Assembly (NCBI GenBank): GCA_019695095.1
Contig: JAIBAQ010000008.1
Location: 9,748 to 73,747 of the forward strand
Direction of reading: 5' to 3'
Length of the DNA stretch: 64,000 nucleotides
Source: Candidatus Hydrogenedentota bacterium
GTDB taxonomy: Bacteria > Hydrogenedentota > Hydrogenedentia > Hydrogenedentales > SLHB01
Part shown: piece by piece, positions 1-10,494 of the stretch
Layout: every line of letters begins with the position of its first letter
How positions within the stretch are numbered: the first letter of the stretch is position 1
The notes under the pieces: model-generated
What the model was told of the DNA's origin: nothing
Seen by the model: only the letters and a program-made list of their open reading frames with translations
The model's database searches: none
Made by a program: the position numbers and the translations under genes

Positions 1-37
1 GCGGCTTCCGGAATTTCACTATTCGAAATGCTCACGG

Positions 38-1504
38 TCACGGCTCTTTCGCGGGGTTTAACCACGAATCATGGACGTCACGCGGAACGCGCTCGAGTTG
101 GAACAATGTTCCAATTATCCTGCCGTCCTTCCTATTTGTAAACCCCTTCATCCCGGCCATATCAGCGCCGACAGTATTGGGATTCCAGAATTCCCAGACG
201 ACCTCTCCTTCCTTGGTGACTTCGATGGCTTTCCCTTCATTGCTGACAACGATGAGTGTGTTTTCATTGGCTAACCGTTCTGCGGTGCACGAGAACAATG
301 AGAAGAACTTGTGCTTGGGATCGTTGCCCGAAACCTGCCACACGGGCCCTTGCTCTGGGTACGCGTACTCAAATACGTGCGATGCCTCGTCTTCCGGACC
401 GTCAGGAGAGAGTCCGTTATGAAACAACAGATAGTTGCCGTTCGGCAGGAAGGTCGGCTGATGAATGCCCCCTTTCCAGGGGCCGAACCAGTTCCACACG
501 ACTCGTTCGCGTTCAAGATCGATAATGAAGATGCACGGATGCACCGGCGAGCAAAACACCGCATTGCCTTTCCTGAGCAATGGAGACACATTCGACAGGG
601 ATCCATCGAACACTTCAATGGTATTCGTGTGAAACGTCTCGACCGGTATCTTGGAGTCGTGAACCGTTAAGGCAACGAAGTCGCGAACCTTCTTTGTGAT
701 CGCAGGGAACCATTCTGTACCTCTAAAAGCATTATAGATCGAAAATCGTTTTATGCGTTTTCCAGTCGAGTCAAAGAGTACAACGGTGTCGTCAATGACC
801 TCTTTTACCGGGTCAATCTCTGGGATGATCCCCACACGACGGCCGATTGCATAGACCATTCCCGTCGTATCAACAAAGAAATCATGATGTAGAAGATCTT
901 CTCCGTCCGTATGCCAGATGAGTTCCGAAGTCCTATTCAACTTGATGATGCCGTTTGTGTCAACGCACGCATATAGATCGCCGTTCTTACACAAAAACAC
1001 TCGCCGCCAATAGTCCTGTGTCGGATTGACTGGGTAGAGAGTTCCAGCGTTGAATTCCCACGTATGCAAGACTGTTCCGGACATATCGGTTAGAAATGCT
1101 GCTTGCGTGTGACCGGACGTATAAAGGTTGTACCCAGGCTGTGCTCGCCTTTCATCAAAAACAGTGACTCCAGTTTGCTCTGGCTGCTCGGTGTATCCGG
1201 CTAGATATCCTATTGAAGCAAGCTGATCGCGCGTCTCCTGATCCGGCATAGCATTACTATCTGAAGAAACACTTGGACTAACAGAGTGCGTTGATTCCCC
1301 GTTCGAAGGTGGAGGAATCTGAACAGGTTGACCCGACAGCGGTTTTGTGCAGCCGATCAATAGAAGCAGAACACAAGCAGAACAAATTGTAGAGAAATGG
1401 GCAGAACAAAATGACCTACTGTGGAAGCTGTGGTTCGATGTCGTCAGTCTAGGCAATCTTAGTTTCCCCAAAGATGTGCTTATTGAAAACGTTAAAGAGG
1501 TCAA
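38..1504 (-). CDS. Secreted beta-propeller-like lipoprotein, possibly arylsulfotransferase (ASST)-like. Family assignment uncertain.
   Basis: 488-aa ORF. N-terminal lipoprotein-type signal (LLLLIGC). Repeated aromatic/Gly-rich blades (NGNYLLFHNGL, VVWEFWNP) typical of propeller folds. No motif I can verify by eye. Confidence 0.4.
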   Translation of the reverse strand: MTSLTFSISTSLGKLRLPRLTTSNHSFHSRSFCSAHFSTICSACVLLLLIGCTKPLSGQPVQIPPPSNGESTHSVSPSVSSDSNAMPDQETRDQLASIGYLAGYTEQPEQTGVTVFDERRAQPGYNLYTSGHTQAAFLTDMSGTVLHTWEFNAGTLYPVNPTQDYWRRVFLCKNGDLYACVDTNGIIKLNRTSELIWHTDGEDLLHHDFFVDTTGMVYAIGRRVGIIPEIDPVKEVIDDTVVLFDSTGKRIKRFSIYNAFRGTEWFPAITKKVRDFVALTVHDSKIPVETFHTNTIEVFDGSLSNVSPLLRKGNAVFCSPVHPCIFIIDLERERVVWNWFGPWKGGIHQPTFLPNGNYLLFHNGLSPDGPEDEASHVFEYAYPEQGPVWQVSGNDPKHKFFSLFSCTAERLANENTLIVVSNEGKAIEVTKEGEVVWEFWNPNTVGADMAGMKGFTNRKDGRIIGTLFQLERVPRDVHDSWLNPAKEP

Positions 1505-1731
1505 TATTCGCGGAAATGATATCCTGTTGTGATCACACGGATAGAAGCAGCAGCTGCAAGCGTCGCGACTAAGGTGCCGGTTTCGTGACCGTCACGACAC
1601 GTGTTTGAGTGCGCAATAGGCATAAAGTCAGGCACTTAGTTCTCTTCAACTCTTTTTGCCATGCTATCGTAAGGCAAATATTCCTTTCAAGAACAGTGAG
1701 TGGAACTGATATCTGTGGGCAGTATTCGAAG

Positions 1732-4089
1732 TCAACCCTTCGACCCTGTGTCCAGCTTCTTGCGTTGCTCGGGAATCCAACGTTCCAGCAGGTCGCGGCA
1801 ATTGAGGACTTTCTCGCCGAGATCGACATTCACGAAGAAATACTGGCAGGCCGCCTCGAATCCGATACGAGAGTCGTCGCTTTGGAGCTCGCGAAGGCGG
1901 CTGGCAAGCGCGATTTCGCTCTTGAGGATTTCTTCGAGGGAGTCCAGAAGTCCTTTGGCACCAGGGTTGGCGTCCCATGTGTCAAGCTGGATTAACTGGT
2001 CCCGTTTGATGACAAACCACGTTTGATTGGCTACGCTCTGGAAGTTGGCTGCGGATGCCTCGGCAATTCCCGCCTCCAACGTTAGCGCCGGATTAGTTTC
2101 TTTGCCTGTCTCGAACTTGAACTTTTCAAGCGTATCGCGAAATCCGCTCGCCACACGACCGAATTGGGCCGCGAAGACTTCCGGAGGATACGGACCTCGC
2201 CAAAAGTCGATCGCGTCGAATGGATACGCGAACCCAGTTGCACCACGCTCTCGATAGCTCGTCGTGGTGTCCCAAAGCAAGTTCGCGGGTCCCATGTGAA
2301 CAGGGCTGTTGTACAGGACGGCGGTGGAGAAGGGGTATTCGCGCAGGGCGGCGCTATAGCCTTTCCATGCGCGTACAATCGCAGGTGCCGCGGATGCACC
2401 ATAGCATCGAGTTGCTACGGTCATCAATGCATCGTCAACGGAGGGTTTGTCACGGCGCCCCATTTCAATGGCAGCTTCCATATTCACCGAGGGATACCCA
2501 CCGAGCGTCCAGCTCATCATAAGACCGTTGATACCCGTGTCACGCAGATTGGCAACATGCTGAGCGACATTCTCGACGGCCGGGATGTAGGGCACGGAGC
2601 CGATCTCCCAACAGGTACCGGCCTGAATCTTCGCAATGGTCTGAAGACCTTGCTTGCGTGCCCACTCCCAGTGGCGTAGCGCGCGCGGACCGGGCCCAAT
2701 CGTAGAGAGGGAGTATTCGCCAATCGTGCTTGAAATACCGCCGCGCGTAATCGGGAGGGACCACTCGCTGACACTCTGAAGGGCGGCATTCTTCGGCAGA
2801 CGGTTGATGATGCCCTCGGCCCATTCGTCTTTCCAACCCCAATCCCAGACGATCAAGCGGCATGAGCTGCCGGACTCGGCAATGCCTTGAGCCATTAAGG
2901 TGTTGACCTCGGCGATGACTTCCTCGGGTGCGCGTTTACTACACCGCGGACATTGGTCTCCGCTCATGTGCGACCAGCAATTGGTGTAGTTCTCGGAGGC
3001 TGTAATGGTGAATATTCCTGCCAAATCCGGTACGGCCTTGCAGAGGTGCGAAATGCCGTCGCGGAGGTAGCCCGCGACTTCCGGAACGCTCGTACACAGT
3101 GTGGCTACCTGCCCAGCAATCACGCCGGTGTCGTCAACACCTTTAAGTTCGGGATGTTTCTCGAAAAAGGACATGGGCATTGGGCGCGGCTCGTTCATGT
3201 AGAGGTAAATGCCGATACCGCGTTCGCGGGCGCGCGCGACGAGGTCCTTCAAAATTCCGAGGCGGGCCTCATTGCCCTCGCTCAGTGCGGGATCCCATGG
3301 AAACGGAGCAAGATGGTAGAGGGGCTCGTGGAGCCACACCCCGTCGATTCCGCGCGCTGCGAGCTGGTCGAGGTAACCATTGGGATAGGGATCCTGCTTG
3401 CCGTTGAGCGGGTCGCGGAAAGCTCCGAAATAGGAGAAGCAATAGCGCGGCGTAAAGATGCTTTCTTTCGATTGCCTGATGTGCTCTTCAGGTTTGGAAG
3501 AGGAGAGCCGATCGATGAAGGAGAAGAGGGGATCGCGTGTCCGATCGACGCCATTCGGAAATACCTCGCTGATGATTCGAGCGATTTCTGCTTCGCGGGC
3601 CTTCGCCGCGGCATCCGGAGAGGAATAGCGTAAGGGGTCGAGTTTCGGTTTGTAGCCACCCATCCACCAAAGGAGTCCATCGCCTTCACGCAACGTATAA
3701 TCCAGTTGGTCGAGTGGCCACTTCAGCAGTTCTGCAATCTGTTCGTAGGGCAACAAGTGCCAGTTCCTGCGAATGATGGTGATGTAAGTGCGCGCGAGTT
3801 GGTCGTCCGATATCGAGGGAGGATCGGAAAGGCCCATCGCTTTGCCTAGGGCAACGATATCCTCAGGCTTCGTGCCGACGACGGTTGCGAGCCGCTCCGT
3901 AGGGACCAGCGTCCAGTTGCGCCAAACATAAGCGTGCAGACGGTCAGGGAAGTGTTGAAATTCGGCTGGCTCCGGAGACCACCCCATGGGCAGGCTCGCG
4001 GAGACTGTGACAACCAGTAACAGTGTCGGCAGCATGGACATGGCCCCCCTTATCGAAGAGGTGCGTCTGTCGATGCCACGCATACACAC
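1732..4089 (-). CDS. Secreted TIM-barrel glycoside-hydrolase-like protein (family not assigned). Probable start at Met17 (nt 4041), MSMLPTLLL signal peptide.
   Basis: 785-aa ORF with N-terminal signal peptide. Central region (GVWLHEPLY...IYLYMNEPRP) resembles catalytic barrels of carbohydrate-active enzymes. Call is weak. Confidence 0.4.
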   Translation of the reverse strand: MCMRGIDRRTSSIRGAMSMLPTLLLVVTVSASLPMGWSPEPAEFQHFPDRLHAYVWRNWTLVPTERLATVVGTKPEDIVALGKAMGLSDPPSISDDQLARTYITIIRRNWHLLPYEQIAELLKWPLDQLDYTLREGDGLLWWMGGYKPKLDPLRYSSPDAAAKAREAEIARIISEVFPNGVDRTRDPLFSFIDRLSSSKPEEHIRQSKESIFTPRYCFSYFGAFRDPLNGKQDPYPNGYLDQLAARGIDGVWLHEPLYHLAPFPWDPALSEGNEARLGILKDLVARARERGIGIYLYMNEPRPMPMSFFEKHPELKGVDDTGVIAGQVATLCTSVPEVAGYLRDGISHLCKAVPDLAGIFTITASENYTNCWSHMSGDQCPRCSKRAPEEVIAEVNTLMAQGIAESGSSCRLIVWDWGWKDEWAEGIINRLPKNAALQSVSEWSLPITRGGISSTIGEYSLSTIGPGPRALRHWEWARKQGLQTIAKIQAGTCWEIGSVPYIPAVENVAQHVANLRDTGINGLMMSWTLGGYPSVNMEAAIEMGRRDKPSVDDALMTVATRCYGASAAPAIVRAWKGYSAALREYPFSTAVLYNSPVHMGPANLLWDTTTSYRERGATGFAYPFDAIDFWRGPYPPEVFAAQFGRVASGFRDTLEKFKFETGKETNPALTLEAGIAEASAANFQSVANQTWFVIKRDQLIQLDTWDANPGAKGLLDSLEEILKSEIALASRLRELQSDDSRIGFEAACQYFFVNVDLGEKVLNCRDLLERWIPEQRKKLDTGSKG

Positions 4090-4112
4090 AGACGCACCTC
4101 ATATTTTAGACG

Positions 4113-5270
4113 CTACAACTCAACTATACGCATGTACTTCGATGAGAGTTTTTCCACACCTGTCTTCGTGACGCGGACGCCATTCTCCCAGCGCAAGCCA
4201 AAGTCCGAGCCTTGGAAGAATGTATCGACCTGAAATGTCATGTTCTCCTGGAGATCGTAGGTGGACGTCGATTCCATCCATGGGCGCTCGACTTCCATCA
4301 TCCCGATGCCGTGGCACGGACCATAGAGCATGTTCTCTTTGAAACCGCGTTTCTCGACGAAAGCTTCGTACTCTTTTACGACTTGCGCGGCCGGTTTGCC
4401 GCCCTTCATGAGTTCGATGGTTTTCAAGTGCGCCTCAAGGCCGAATTCGACCAGGCGCTTCTTTCGCGGGGGCAGTTTGCCAATGCTGCACGGAATGCCA
4501 ACGCTGGACGAATAGCCTCCCACGCGCGCGCCTATGTTGAGTTGAATGATCTCACCGCGTTTAAGTTTGTTGTGTGTCGGGCGTGAGATGGCGTGCTTGG
4601 TGCCGTGACCCGAGAAGCAGTACAGGGCGTGTCCTTCATATTCGCCGCCATGCTTGTAGATTTCGCGCTGAGCAATGCCTATGACCTGAAGTTCGGTCAT
4701 GCCCGGCTTCATTTCACCGAGGATGGCGTCGATGGCGATTTCACTGATCTGGAATGCGCGCTTCATGAGTTTGATTTCATTCGCGCTCTTGGCAATGCGC
4801 AGACTCGACAATGTTTCATCGGCCTTGATTAACTTCACGTTGGGCAGTTCCCGCTGCAAGCTGAAGTAGACCGGAAGGGGCATTACGGAGAAGCCCACAA
4901 GGCCCAATTTCTTCAGTGCGCGTTTGCCCATCGCCATTTTCACCACGTCAGGAAAGTGCGCGACGGGGATGCCCGGATATTCAGGCTCGGCGGATTCGCG
5001 GTACTCGACCATCAATGCAATAGTCGGGATGACGCTGCGGCCTTGCGCATACGCTTCGCTTTCCGGGCCGATGATGAGGACCGGGGTTCCGGTCGCGGGA
5101 ACGAACACCCCAGCCGCCTCGAACGTGGGCCAGTATTCGGTCAGGTAGCGAACGTTGGCGAAATCGGCTTCGTTGGCGTGCACCAACGCGGCGTCGAGCT
5201 TTGCCGCTCGAATGTTCGCCTGAAACTTCTCGATTCGTTGCAGGTACTCTTTCTTTGGAATAGCCAGCAT
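4113..5270 (-). CDS. M24 family metallopeptidase (Xaa-Pro aminopeptidase / creatinase / ectoine-hydrolase-like)
   Basis: 385 aa. N-terminal creatinase-like domain (LDAALVHANEADFANVRYLTEYWP). C-terminal pita-bread fold with metal-ligand context (HGIGM, EVERPW). Confidence 0.8.
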   Translation of the reverse strand: MLAIPKKEYLQRIEKFQANIRAAKLDAALVHANEADFANVRYLTEYWPTFEAAGVFVPATGTPVLIIGPESEAYAQGRSVIPTIALMVEYRESAEPEYPGIPVAHFPDVVKMAMGKRALKKLGLVGFSVMPLPVYFSLQRELPNVKLIKADETLSSLRIAKSANEIKLMKRAFQISEIAIDAILGEMKPGMTELQVIGIAQREIYKHGGEYEGHALYCFSGHGTKHAISRPTHNKLKRGEIIQLNIGARVGGYSSSVGIPCSIGKLPPRKKRLVEFGLEAHLKTIELMKGGKPAAQVVKEYEAFVEKRGFKENMLYGPCHGIGMMEVERPWMESTSTYDLQENMTFQVDTFFQGSDFGLRWENGVRVTKTGVEKLSSKYMRIVEL

Positions 5271-5271
5271 T

Positions 5272-6156
5272 TCAGATCTCCTTTACCGCTTGCCGCGCCT
5301 GGATGAATTCCGCTTCGCGTTCCAGCAGCGCATTGATCAAACCATCCAATTGTTCTGCTGCGTACGGCCCACAATTCCTCACAATGAAGGGGTCCGGACG
5401 CACGGCTCCCTCTCCGTACCAAATCTCTCCTTCGGGCATCGGGTGAAATTCCCAAGGATGGAAATAGAAACACAGAAACGGCGCCGTGGCCTTCTCTTCG
5501 CAGTAGCGCGCATAACCGTCAATATGACGCATCACCGCGTGCGCACCTTCGGTGCGAAAAAGCGGCCACTGGTCCATATCGCGACCATAGGGGTCCTTCG
5601 AATCCATCGATAGGTCTGCGAAGTTAGGTAGTTCGACGATACGAAGGTCTCCTTCCTTCGTCCAATCCTCTCGACTGGGGTGATAGGGACGCAGGCGTTC
5701 GCGAAAGTAATACATGGGATAGGTCGCATCGGCCACGTAGCCGAGGTCTTCTAAAGCATTTACGACCGCCGTTGAACCGAAAAGACGCGGACAACGGAAC
5801 GAGACGGGCCGCGTGCCTGCAATCTCCTCAATCCATTCTGTACACAGCCGTAGACGGTTGGGTACTTCTTCCGGGAGGATGGGCATCATGCCCGGTATTT
5901 CGAACAGCGATTCGCCGATTGTTTCGTGGAAGAGGGTGTGCGCCCCGATCTCATGGCCACACGCTTGAACCGACTGCACGACTTCCGGGTGCTTGCGCGC
6001 GGCATCACCGGTGAAGAAGAACGTGGCGGTGACGCCGTTGCGCTCAAGGACATCGAGAATGGCCGGCGTCCCGTTCACGAGGCCTTCGTAGAATGGGGTC
6101 CAACTGCCGACATCGGTTTCCATGTCGAAACCCAGAACCACCTGCATTCGACTCAT
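5272..6156 (-). CDS. Polysaccharide deacetylase (CE4) family protein. Start set at Met45 of the track ORF (nt 6156), which has a GGAG Shine-Dalgarno and avoids a 100-nt overlap with the upstream gene.
   Basis: NodB-type motifs FFFTGDAARKHPEVVQSVQACGHEIGAHTLFHE. The stop abuts the start of the downstream M24 gene at 5270. Confidence 0.8.
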   Translation of the reverse strand: MSRMQVVLGFDMETDVGSWTPFYEGLVNGTPAILDVLERNGVTATFFFTGDAARKHPEVVQSVQACGHEIGAHTLFHETIGESLFEIPGMMPILPEEVPNRLRLCTEWIEEIAGTRPVSFRCPRLFGSTAVVNALEDLGYVADATYPMYYFRERLRPYHPSREDWTKEGDLRIVELPNFADLSMDSKDPYGRDMDQWPLFRTEGAHAVMRHIDGYARYCEEKATAPFLCFYFHPWEFHPMPEGEIWYGEGAVRPDPFIVRNCGPYAAEQLDGLINALLEREAEFIQARQAVKEI

Positions 6157-6184
6157 TTCGATATCTCCGCTTACAAAGACGCCA

Positions 6185-7351
6185 TTATGCAAAGAGCCGG
6201 TCCATTCGTTTGCTGAACGGAACCGGACCTTTCTGCGTGATTTCGTATCCCGTCTCGATGCGCGCGCCGTGCCATTCGGGGTGACCAAAGAAGCTCACGT
6301 CGACGCAGACCGCCATGCCCGGCCTCAGGGCGTCATCGCCGTTGGGACCAAAGAAGGGGGCCTCCGCCTCATGCAAACCGATGGTATGCGCGAACGGGCA
6401 TACAAGATATTTCAGCAGGCCGTGTTTCTCGAAGTAGGCTCTTCCCGGCTTGTCGATCTCGCGTCCCGAATTGCCAGGTACCAGCATTTGCTTGGTCAGA
6501 TGAAACACCTCTTTCAGGTGTTTAAGGGCCTCTGATTGGCTGCGAGAGCACGTGCCGGAGACGGGAATGCTGTCACCCACGACACCCGCATATCCGCGAA
6601 CTTTGGGCGCGATACCAATCATCACCATCTCGCCCTTCTTGAGCTTCTTGGAGGTTGCGGTGGGTACCACCGCGTTTGAGCGCGCGCCTGAGCCAACGAT
6701 TGCGCTGAAGCCAAAACCAGTCGCCCCGCGGCTGCGGGCGGCATACTCGCCGGCTGCGGCAACCTGAATTTCCGTGACGCCAGGCTTGATGGCGCCTTTC
6801 ATCGCATCGTAACACTCGTCCGCCAGCGCAAATGCGGCGCGTATCTGCTGCAACTCCCACCGCGACTTCATATACCGAAGGCTGACGAAGTCCAACGTTA
6901 TGTCAACCAATTCGACACCTTTGAACCCCTCCGCAATCTGCCGATAACACGCGGCAGGCATCCGGTCGCCGCCCACAAGGCCGATTCGCTTGATGCCCCG
7001 TTTGCCCCCCGCCGTCAGTTCACGGAATAAAGCCGGGAAATCGATGATGGTTGCGTTTGGGTATTCTTCGTCGGGGACCATGAATACGGGGAAGTTGCGC
7101 GTTTCCGTGATGGCGCTGTCCAGCTTCGCAAAGGGCTCGCTTTCGGGTCCTCCCAACAACATCGGCTTGCCGTTCTTGGGAATTAGCACTGCCCCGCTTT
7201 CGAACTGGGGACACCATCCTGTCAAGTACCAGCCGTTTCCGATGTTGAACTCGTCGTAATAGACGAGAGCCGCATCGAGCTTTCGCTTGCCTAGAATTTC
7301 CCGAACCTTCGTCAACCGCGCATTCATTTCGTCTGTTGTCAGATAGCCCAT
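6185..7351 (-). CDS. M24 family metallopeptidase (creatinase/prolidase-like), paralog of 4113..5270
   Basis: 388 aa. Same two-domain organisation (LDAALVYYDEFNIGNGWYLTGWCP; HTIGLHEAE). Third gene of an apparent M24-CE4-M24 operon. Confidence 0.8.
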   Translation of the reverse strand: MGYLTTDEMNARLTKVREILGKRKLDAALVYYDEFNIGNGWYLTGWCPQFESGAVLIPKNGKPMLLGGPESEPFAKLDSAITETRNFPVFMVPDEEYPNATIIDFPALFRELTAGGKRGIKRIGLVGGDRMPAACYRQIAEGFKGVELVDITLDFVSLRYMKSRWELQQIRAAFALADECYDAMKGAIKPGVTEIQVAAAGEYAARSRGATGFGFSAIVGSGARSNAVVPTATSKKLKKGEMVMIGIAPKVRGYAGVVGDSIPVSGTCSRSQSEALKHLKEVFHLTKQMLVPGNSGREIDKPGRAYFEKHGLLKYLVCPFAHTIGLHEAEAPFFGPNGDDALRPGMAVCVDVSFFGHPEWHGARIETGYEITQKGPVPFSKRMDRLFA

Positions 7352-7422
7352 GTTATGCTCTCCCCCGGCGCGATGCCGTGCCCTGTGTTATTGAAACCCT
7401 ATTTGAAAGCCCGGTCATAGGT

Positions 7423-8439
7423 CTAGCCCAAGTCGATTGACATCTGCTCCTGCTCGCCCAGTACCCTGCGCAATGTCTCCAGATTGCCTTTCATGATCGT
7501 CGTCTCGGACGTTAGTTTACTTGGCGCGAAGACTCCGTCCTCGACGTTCATCGCGCCGATCGTCTCCAACTCGTAGAAACCGAGTCCACCGCCGTTGAAA
7601 ATACTGAACAGATCCGCCGCCGAGTGAGGGCCCTGTGGCTGGTCGTTGTCGGCGATGTTGAAATAGACACCGGGAGATTCTTTGGCGCGGCGCAGGATAA
7701 GCATGGAGCGGTTGATATCGAACGCGCCAATCAGTTCCGGAGACGAAGCTACGGTGACTCCGATCTGATGCCGATCCTCGCCGCCGAGGGCAAAGGTGAA
7801 ATGCGTATCGGTGCATGCAATTCGATCGCCCGGTTGGCCGTAGAAATCGAAGTTGATGGCGTGCTTCGAGTCTTTGACCTTGCCGAAGGCAACGATACCT
7901 TCCGCACCGGGAAACTGCTCAAGCGACCACGGCGCAATGAGAACGTGTTCTGTCTCGTATTGACCAAGGGGAACGAAGCTGTCTTCCGTTTGGTAGGCCA
8001 GCGCCGCAAGACCATGGACGTTGGCCACATGGGGAAGATCCAAGAGTTTTACCAAGCGCCGCCACAGCAAGTCGATTGCATACCCTTTTCGATTGGTGAG
8101 CTGGATCTGCTTTTCGATTTGTACGGAGCAATGGTCCGCGTGTATTACCGATGCTGGCGTCCGATTGATGCCCGGTTGCACGTACCATTGGTCCGTTCCC
8201 GGGACATAGTTGAAGGCGAAGGGCCCGCCTTCAGGCGCCGGCCATAGACTGTTGCCGCCGACGTTGTTGAAGGCCGTATCCGATGGAGCAGATAGTGCGT
8301 CCGCATCCAATCGATGCACCAATTCGCCTTCCAGCGAACAGAAAATCCGCCCCTGAAGTCCCGGAGCCACGAGAACGCTCCCGCGATCGCATTCGAGTTC
8401 GACAAGCGACGGATCGCCGCTGCGTAACAATGAAAGCAA
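7423..8439 (-). CDS. Hypothetical protein
   Basis: 338-aa ORF on the same strand and upstream of the M24-CE4-M24 operon. No recognisable motif. Confidence 0.5.
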   Translation of the reverse strand: MLSLLRSGDPSLVELECDRGSVLVAPGLQGRIFCSLEGELVHRLDADALSAPSDTAFNNVGGNSLWPAPEGGPFAFNYVPGTDQWYVQPGINRTPASVIHADHCSVQIEKQIQLTNRKGYAIDLLWRRLVKLLDLPHVANVHGLAALAYQTEDSFVPLGQYETEHVLIAPWSLEQFPGAEGIVAFGKVKDSKHAINFDFYGQPGDRIACTDTHFTFALGGEDRHQIGVTVASSPELIGAFDINRSMLILRRAKESPGVYFNIADNDQPQGPHSAADLFSIFNGGGLGFYELETIGAMNVEDGVFAPSKLTSETTIMKGNLETLRRVLGEQEQMSIDLG

Positions 8440-8680
8440 GACGTTTCCCCCCTCAGCCGTAAACGTTGGTCGGGAGACCGTGCACAGAACGTAACGAAGA
8501 TGACTCTACCAAAACGTTCCGGTGCTAATCGATCTCTCCCTGCACCCCTTGCTGTTGCGGGCGCAATGCCTCACGGAAGTAGCTGCTTGAATAGCCCTTT
8601 TCACGCATGCCAGAATCCTCCCAAGGGGAAATTTCCCAAGGCCGCGCCGGTTCCTGACGGTATACGACAGGGGGGTACAC

Positions 8681-10156
8681 GTGTCGCACTTCGGATGGCT
8701 TGACGGAAGTATCGTGGGATGTTACATCCTCGCCACGATGGTGGCAGGAATCGCTGTTCGCAAGTATGTGGGGAAAGTGGAGCATTTCCTCATTGCAGGC
8801 CGCGAAATGAACCTGTACCTCGGCATCGCGTCGCTCGCGGCTACCGAGTTCGGCGTCGTCACGTGCATGTACACCGCGCAGAACGGGTACAAATTCGGTT
8901 TTGCGGGCGCCACTCCCGGTATTCTGGCCGCCTTGGCGATGTTCTTTGTCGGCTACACCGGGTTCTGCGTCAAGCCGCTCCGCGACTCGGGTGTGATGAC
9001 GATTCCCGAACTCTTCGAAAAACGATTTGGCTCGCGCATACGTTGGCTCAGCGGCGTCGTGATAGTTCTGGGCGGCCTGCTTAACATGGGCGTGTTTCTT
9101 CGAACCGGGGGAGATTTCCTGGTTGCCGTGTGCGGGTTCGATGCCAAGTATCTCGAAATCACCATGACCGCCCTTCTCTTGTGTGTGGCGGTTTATACGA
9201 TCCTTGGCGGCATGCTGTCTGTGCTTATCACAGACTTCCTTCAGTTTGTTGTGATGAGTGTTGGTCTTATAGCTGTGACCCTTCTTGTCCTTGTAAATGT
9301 GGGGTGGGAACGTCTCACGTCAGTCGTCGCCGAATATCACGGGGCCGGTGGATTCAATCCATTCGTGAACTCGGAGATGGGCTGGGAATTCGTTGCCGCC
9401 AACAGCTTGCTGAGTCTTGCCATGGTGATGACATGGCAGACGACCATACAACGTCTGCTGGCAGCGAAGGACACACAAACCGGACTGAAGGTGTATACGC
9501 GAACCAGCTTCTTCTTCCTGTGCCGTTGGCTCATTCCCGTTATTTGGGGTATTGCCGCGCTGTCCATGTTCAGCCCCGAGGAAGTGGGCAAGGATACCCT
9601 GCTCGCGATGCCGCGCATGCTGAGTCAATTGGTGCCCATGGGGTTGATGGGAGTACTGATCGCGGCAATGCTGGCTGCAGATATGTCGACCGATTCGTCC
9701 TACATGCTCACGTGGTCCAGCGTCATCTACAACGATATTCTGGCGCCGTTTCACAAGAAGCAATGGACGGAAAAGCGTGGGTTGATTGTCAGCCGAAGCA
9801 TCGTCGCCATCATAGGCGTGTTCTTGCTTGTGTACGGACTCTGGTATCCACTGCAAGGCAACCTTTGGGATTACCTCACCGTGACGGCCAACATCTACAT
9901 GACGAGCATGTCTGTTCTGCTTGTTGCGTGCTGCTATTGGAAAGGCGCGAACAGTTGGGGAGCCGCGGGGGCGATCATCTTTGGCGCCATTATCCCCATT
10001 GCGTTTCTGGTCATGGAACAGTTGCCCAGCACGCAGCATTTCGCAAAGGAAGTGGTCGGCCCACACTTCGCGAATATCGGGGCATACGTCATCGCAGGAA
10101 TGGCGATGGTCGTAGGTTCTTACTTGAAGCCGCGCACGGGAGGTCAACATGCCTGA
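8681..10156 (+). CDS. Sodium:solute symporter (SSF) family transporter
   Basis: 491 aa, ~13 predicted transmembrane helices. SSF-like N-terminus (LIAGREMNLYLGIASLAATEFG). Divergent from the peptidase/deacetylase operon. Confidence 0.85.
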   Translation: MSHFGWLDGSIVGCYILATMVAGIAVRKYVGKVEHFLIAGREMNLYLGIASLAATEFGVVTCMYTAQNGYKFGFAGATPGILAALAMFFVGYTGFCVKPLRDSGVMTIPELFEKRFGSRIRWLSGVVIVLGGLLNMGVFLRTGGDFLVAVCGFDAKYLEITMTALLLCVAVYTILGGMLSVLITDFLQFVVMSVGLIAVTLLVLVNVGWERLTSVVAEYHGAGGFNPFVNSEMGWEFVAANSLLSLAMVMTWQTTIQRLLAAKDTQTGLKVYTRTSFFFLCRWLIPVIWGIAALSMFSPEEVGKDTLLAMPRMLSQLVPMGLMGVLIAAMLAADMSTDSSYMLTWSSVIYNDILAPFHKKQWTEKRGLIVSRSIVAIIGVFLLVYGLWYPLQGNLWDYLTVTANIYMTSMSVLLVACCYWKGANSWGAAGAIIFGAIIPIAFLVMEQLPSTQHFAKEVVGPHFANIGAYVIAGMAMVVGSYLKPRTGGQHA

Positions 10157-10494
10157 GCATTTGTTTTGGCTGACGCTTACAACTGCGTGTATCGTCTGGT
10201 ACTCGACCATAACGGTTTACGTCGCGGTGCGCGGCGTGCTGGACATCAAGGGGATGCTAAGCCGTTTAGCCGAAAACGGTCAGAAACCGGATGCCTGATC
10301 GAGGTTCATCTACGAGCTTTTGAATTGGGAGAGGATCGCTCCGCCTTGTCCCAGGAATGAACTGGTGAGGCCGATGATGGCTTGCAGCAGGTAGATCAGT
10401 TCCCACACAGGCTCCAATCCTGCCATGGAAGGGCGAGCGTGCGACAGCGTCCGAATGTGTGTTGACCGTTTCATAGTCTTAATCTCCTTGTACA

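Noticed and set aside
9130-10210. 347-aa (+) and 296-aa (-) ORFs overlapping the SSF transporter gene
   Set aside because: Alternative frames of a clearly membrane-transporter-coding region. No independent signal.
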